Positions 27,583 through 32,000 of a stretch of 32,000 nucleotides of DNA are shown piece by piece; positions within the stretch are counted from its first letter, which is position 1; every line of letters begins with the position of its first letter. The notes under the pieces were generated by a model. The model had not been told where the DNA came from, did no database searches, and saw nothing but the letters and a program-made list of their open reading frames with translations. The translations under genes and the position numbers were made by a program. Location: assembly GCF_000829155.1 (NCBI RefSeq), contig NZ_AP013293.1:180001-212000 (forward strand). The letters run 5' to 3'. This DNA comes from Candidatus Karelsulcia muelleri PSPU. Its GTDB lineage: Bacteria > Bacteroidota > Bacteroidia > Flavobacteriales > Blattabacteriaceae.

Positions 27583-28559
27583 ATAATATTACATATATAA
27601 TTTATTAATTCATCTAATCCTTCTTTAGAAAAAGAGGAAATAAAAATATATTTTTCATTTTTTTTTAATTTATTTATAATTTCATATTTTAATTCATTAT
27701 CTAAATGATCAGATTTAGAAATTAATAATAAACGTTTTTTATTTAAAATTTTTTTATCAAAAAAATTTAATTCATTTAATATTATATTATATTCTTTAAT
27801 ATAATTCTTTTCTTCACAAGAAATCATAATTAATATAATTCTATTACGTTGAATATGTTTCATAAATTTAAATCCTAATCCTTTTCCTTTTGAAGCACCT
27901 TTTATTATTCCAGGAATATCTGCTATAACTAATTTTTTAAATTTTTTATAATTAAGTATACCTATATTAGGATTTAATGTAGTAAATGGATAATTAGATA
28001 TTTTTGGTTTAGATGATGTAATAATAGATATTAAAGTGGATTTTCCAGAATTTGGAAATCCAATAATTCCTACATCGGCTAGAATTTTTAATTCTAAAAA
28101 AAAACAAAATTCTTTTACAATTTTTCCTTTTTCAGAATAAAAAGGAGCTTGACATATAGCATTTTTAAAATGCCAATTTCCTTTTCCTCCTTTTCCTCCA
28201 TATAATAATATTTTTTTTTCATTATGATTTAATATTTCCATAATAATATTTTTATATTCATCTTTAATAATAGTTCCAATTGGAACTTCTATTATACAAT
28301 CTTTTCCATTAGAACCAGTAATCCTATTTATCCCTCCATTTTTTCCATTTTCAGCTATATTATGTTTTTTATATTTTAAATGAGATATTGTATATAATTG
28401 ATTATTTCCTTTAATTATTACATTTCCTCCTTTTCCTCCATCTCCTCCATCAGGACCTCCTTTATTAATAAATTTTTCTCTTCTAAAATGTATTAGACCA
28501 GATCCACCATTTCCACTTTTACAATAGATTTTTATAAAATCTATAAATTTATTAATCAT
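27579..28559 (-). CDS. obgE: Obg family GTPase
   Basis: GNGGSGLIHFRREKFINKGGPDGGDGGKGG, VGFPNSGKSTLIS-type GFPNSGKSTLISIIT, DIPGIIKGASKGKGLG. Confidence 0.96.
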   Translation of the reverse strand: MINKFIDFIKIYCKSGNGGSGLIHFRREKFINKGGPDGGDGGKGGNVIIKGNNQLYTISHLKYKKHNIAENGKNGGINRITGSNGKDCIIEVPIGTIIKDEYKNIIMEILNHNEKKILLYGGKGGKGNWHFKNAICQAPFYSEKGKIVKEFCFFLELKILADVGIIGFPNSGKSTLISIITSSKPKISNYPFTTLNPNIGILNYKKFKKLVIADIPGIIKGASKGKGLGFKFMKHIQRNRIILIMISCEEKNYIKEYNIILNELNFFDKKILNKKRLLLISKSDHLDNELKYEIINKLKKNEKYIFISSFSKEGLDELINYICNII

Positions 28560-28571
28560 ATAAATATTTAA

Positions 28572-29966
28572 CTAAATATGAATACATTTATTATAAGCAT
28601 TATTTATTGCTTCAATAATAGATTCACTAATAGTAGGATGTGGGTGAATACATTGACTAAATTCAAATGATGTTGTTTCTAATTTACGAGCTACTACAAT
28701 TTCAGAAATAAGTTCTGTAACTCCAGAACCTATCATATGACATCCTAACAATTCTCCATATTTTTCATCAAAAATTACTTTAATAAAACCATCTGTACTA
28801 TCATTAACTTTTGCTTTTCCTAAAGCCGTAAATGGAAACTTACCTATTTTTAATTTATATCCTTTATTTATAGCTTCTTTTTCAGAAAAACCTACATATG
28901 AAATTTCAGGATTAGAATAAATACACATAGGAACATTGTTATAATTTAATGTAAAGGGATTTAATCCCGTAATTTTTTCTACACAAATTATTCCTTCATA
29001 AGAAGCAACATGAGCTAAAGAAATACTAGAAATTACATCTCCTATAGCATAATATCCTTTTATATTAGTTGAATAATATTTATCGACACAGATATGTTTA
29101 GTATTATTCATATCAATACCTATTTCTTCTAATCCTAAATTTTCAGTATTTGGACAAATACCAATAGCAGAAATTATAATATCTACATATAAAATTTCAT
29201 TATTATTTTTTAAATTTTTAATAATTACTTTTGTACATTTTTTTTCAGATAAATATGAAATATTTTCAATAATTGAAGATTTTATTATTATAATACCAGA
29301 TTTTTTAAATAACTTTTCCAATTGTATTGAAATATCAATATCTGAAGATGGTAAAATATAAGGCATTTTTTCTATTATAAAAATTTTAGATCCTAGACTA
29401 TTATAAAAATAAGCAAATTCTAAACCAATAGCACCAGATCCTATAATTAAAATATTTTTAGGTATAGTTTTTAATAACATCGCTTCACGATAACAAATTA
29501 TATTTGATAATTCTTTTTTCTTAAAAAGATTAGATCTAGCTCCTGTGGCTATAATTATATTTTTAGCATTATATTTTTTTTTATTTCCATATTTATCTTT
29601 AACATATACTATTTTAGTTTTTAATATTTTAGCTTTACCATATAATATTTTTATATTATTTTTTTTCATTAAAAATGAAACTCCTTTATTCATCTTTTCT
29701 GATATAGAACGACTACGTAAAATAATTTTTTCAAAATCTAATTTTAAATTATTAGTAATAATTCCATATTTTGAAGCTTTTTTTAAAGTATTAAAAATAT
29801 TTGCACTTTTTAATAATGATTTTGTTGGTATACACCCCCAATTAAGACATACACCTCCAATATTTTCCTTTTCGACAATAGCTGTTTTTAATCCTAATTG
29901 TGCAGCACGTATAGCAGCTACATAACCTCCAGGACCACTTCCAATTATAATTAAGTCAAAAGACAT
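28572..29966 (-). CDS. lpdA: Dihydrolipoyl dehydrogenase
   Basis: IIGSGPGGYVAAIRAAQLG, GGVCLNWGCIPTKSLLKSA, GDVISSISLAHVASYEG, HPHPTISE. Confidence 0.97.
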   Translation of the reverse strand: MSFDLIIIGSGPGGYVAAIRAAQLGLKTAIVEKENIGGVCLNWGCIPTKSLLKSANIFNTLKKASKYGIITNNLKLDFEKIILRSRSISEKMNKGVSFLMKKNNIKILYGKAKILKTKIVYVKDKYGNKKKYNAKNIIIATGARSNLFKKKELSNIICYREAMLLKTIPKNILIIGSGAIGLEFAYFYNSLGSKIFIIEKMPYILPSSDIDISIQLEKLFKKSGIIIIKSSIIENISYLSEKKCTKVIIKNLKNNNEILYVDIIISAIGICPNTENLGLEEIGIDMNNTKHICVDKYYSTNIKGYYAIGDVISSISLAHVASYEGIICVEKITGLNPFTLNYNNVPMCIYSNPEISYVGFSEKEAINKGYKLKIGKFPFTALGKAKVNDSTDGFIKVIFDEKYGELLGCHMIGSGVTELISEIVVARKLETTSFEFSQCIHPHPTISESIIEAINNAYNKCIHI

Positions 29967-29981
29967 AAATAAAGAATTTAG

Positions 29982-30066
29982 TACTCACGACTGGATTTGA
30001 ACCAGCAAATCTTAATAAGATACTACCACCTCAAGGTAGCGTGTATACCAATTTCACCACGTGAGT
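29982..30066 (-). tRNA. tRNA-Leu(GAG)
   Basis: Class II tRNA: acceptor ACTCACG/CGTGAGT, anticodon arm CTACC-TTGAGGT-GGTAG, long variable arm, GGTTCAAATCC. Confidence 0.9.
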
Positions 30067-30108
30067 CTTTAAAAGACAATATTCATAATCTACTATTAAA
30101 TAATATTA

Positions 30109-30486
30109 TTAACTTATTAATAATTTACTTAATATTTGAATTTTATTTTTCCACCACATTTTAGATTCTTCTATTTCATTTTTTTTAGCAAAATCTGTTA
30201 TAATAAGGTAAATATTTTTTGTTAATTTTTCTTTTTCAAGAAAAAATTCAAAATAATAGATCTTATCAAGATCTTGTTCCCATCTATATCTTACAGATTT
30301 ATATGGTATTTTTTTTATTAAAAAACATGTTTCTTCATATCCGTTCCAAGTAAAAATATATCTATTACTTAGATAAATAACATTGTCAGCAAACCATTCT
30401 GTCATATTTGAAGGTGCAGAAATATAATTATATAATATCTTTATAGAAGAATTCATTCTAAATTCAAAGTTTATTTTTTCACGCAT
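30109..30486 (-). CDS. START-like domain protein (AHSA1/polyketide-cyclase-like, flavobacterial type)
   Basis: MREKINFEFRMNSSIKILYNYISAPSNMTEWFADNV...FTWNGYEE...WWKNKI. Confidence 0.75.
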   Translation of the reverse strand: MREKINFEFRMNSSIKILYNYISAPSNMTEWFADNVIYLSNRYIFTWNGYEETCFLIKKIPYKSVRYRWEQDLDKIYYFEFFLEKEKLTKNIYLIITDFAKKNEIEESKMWWKNKIQILSKLLIS

Positions 30487-30539
30487 TTTTTTTATCTGTT
30501 TTAATTTATTATTATAATAATAATAAATTTTAAAAAAAA

Positions 30540-30613
30540 GGCGTGATAGCTCATTTGGTTAGAGCGTCGGATTCATAACCCGGAGGTTGGGGGTTCAATT
30601 CCCCCTCACGCTA
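30540..30613 (+). tRNA. tRNA-Met/fMet(CAU), subtype uncertain
   Basis: GGCGTGA-TA-GCTC..GAGC-G-TCGGA-TTCATAA-CCCGG-..-GGGGGTTCAATTCCCCC-TCACGCT. The anticodon CAT is clear. Confidence 0.85.
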
Positions 30614-30636
30614 CATTTTACATATAGAATAATTTA

Positions 30637-31977
30637 ATGAATTATAAAAATATCATAAAAAATTTTTTATATTTTTTTAAAAAAAAAAATCATAAAATTA
30701 TTTATTCTGCTTCACTTTTAGCAAAAAATGATACAACTTTAATGTTTACTAATGCTGGAATGAATAGATTTAAAAACTATTTTATTTGTTATAAACATCC
30801 AAAATTTTTAAGAATTACGAATATTCAAAAATGTCTTAGAATTACAGGAAAACATAATGATTTATATGATGTAGGAAAGGATAAATATCATCATACTATG
30901 TTTGAAATGTTAGGAAATTGGTCATTTGGTGATTATTTTAAAAAAAAAGCTATAAAATGGGCTTGGGAGTTATTAACAAAAATTTATAAAATAAAAAAAT
31001 ACAATATTTATGTTACTATTTTTAGTGGAGATAAAAAAAAAAATTTACCTTTTGATATAGAATCATATAAATTTTGGAAAAAAATAATAGATGAAAATCA
31101 AATTATTTTTTTTGATAAAAAAAATAATTTTTGGGAAATGGGGGAAACAGGTCCATGTGGATATAGTTCAGAAATTCATATAGATATTAGAAATGAAAAA
31201 GAAAAAAATAAAATATCTGGAAAAAAATTAATTAATAAAGGCCATCCTTTAGTAATTGAATTATGGAATTTAGTTTTTATAGAATATTTTAGGAAAAAAA
31301 ATGGTAATCTTGAAAAATTACCGAAATCTCATGTTGATACAGGAATGGGTATAGAAAGATTATGTATGATTTTACAAAAAAAAAAATCTACATATGATAC
31401 TGATATATTTAATATTTTAATTAAAAAAATAGAAAATATTACTGGAATCGTTTATGGGAAATTTTATAAACAGGATATAGCCATTCGTGTATTAGCAGAT
31501 CATATTAGAGCAATTGTATTTGCTATTAAGGATGGGGTAATTCCTTCAAATAAGAAATCAGGATATATAATAAAAAAACTTTTAAGAAGAACTATTATAT
31601 ATTATTATATTTTTTTAAAAAAAAAAAAAAAAATTTTATATAAACTTGTAAAATATGTATTATTACAGAATAATAAATTTCATTACAAAATGAATAATAA
31701 AGAAAAAATTATAAATTTTATAATAAAAAAAGAAGAAATTTTATTTTTTAAAACAATAAGTAAAGTTACTTTTAAAATAAAAAAAAAAATTTTTCTTTTA
31801 AAAAAAGAAGGTAAAAAAAAAATAAATGGAAATATAATATTTAAATTATATGATACATATGGATTACCTTTTGAATTAGCAAATTTTATGGCTATAAAAA
31901 ATAATATGATTATTGATAAATTTTCTTTTGAAAAAGAAATGTTAAAAACAAAACTACGTTCTAAACAAAAGAAATAA
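30637..31977 (+). CDS. alaS: Alanyl-tRNA synthetase, N-terminal catalytic and tRNA-recognition portion
   Basis: MFTNAGMNRFKNYF, CLRITGKHNDLYDVGKDKYHHTMFEMLGNWSFGDYFKKKAI, SHVDTGMGIERLC, YDTYGLPFELA. The ORF stops at 446 aa. Confidence 0.93.
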   Translation: MNYKNIIKNFLYFFKKKNHKIIYSASLLAKNDTTLMFTNAGMNRFKNYFICYKHPKFLRITNIQKCLRITGKHNDLYDVGKDKYHHTMFEMLGNWSFGDYFKKKAIKWAWELLTKIYKIKKYNIYVTIFSGDKKKNLPFDIESYKFWKKIIDENQIIFFDKKNNFWEMGETGPCGYSSEIHIDIRNEKEKNKISGKKLINKGHPLVIELWNLVFIEYFRKKNGNLEKLPKSHVDTGMGIERLCMILQKKKSTYDTDIFNILIKKIENITGIVYGKFYKQDIAIRVLADHIRAIVFAIKDGVIPSNKKSGYIIKKLLRRTIIYYYIFLKKKKKILYKLVKYVLLQNNKFHYKMNNKEKIINFIIKKEEILFFKTISKVTFKIKKKIFLLKKEGKKKINGNIIFKLYDTYGLPFELANFMAIKNNMIIDKFSFEKEMLKTKLRSKQKK

Positions 31978-32000
31978 TGAAATATAAATCTATGGAGAGA

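Noticed and set aside
29545-29925. 126-aa forward ORF
   Set aside because: Antisense to lpdA; no independent signal.

Overview
This 32 kb window is extremely AT-rich. It reads as chromosomal core from a genome-reduced Bacteroidota (Flavobacteriales-type) obligate endosymbiont; I do not assign a genus. Supported genes are der, lipA, rpmH, efp, sucD, a CPBP-family protease, korA, mrp, trpS, a split resB/ccsA cytochrome-c biogenesis pair, bamA, frr, asnS, rplU, rpmA, ssrA (tmRNA), rpsF, rpsR, rplI, an RpoZ-like gene, bamD, dapA, prfB, dapB, lepB, rpsU, aroE, obgE, lpdA, a START-like gene and alaS (446-aa ORF), plus six tRNAs. I see no mobile element, CRISPR array or defence system. The most unusual feature is the rpsR ORF: a C-terminal S18 domain of about 70 aa follows a roughly 350-aa N-terminal extension. 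That extension holds an in-frame coding minisatellite built from 21-, 17-, 13- and 9-aa units, and the ORF has no internal Met. Other observations: a 60-bp in-frame tandem duplication in the bamA leader; lepB coding sequence running upstream of its first ATG with no ATG/GTG/TTG start; an alaS ORF ending near the catalytic-core boundary; decayed remnants of hflX and gcvP; prfB lacking the RF2 frameshift signal; a split ccsBA; very long in-frame homopolymers; and two possible structured intergenic elements.
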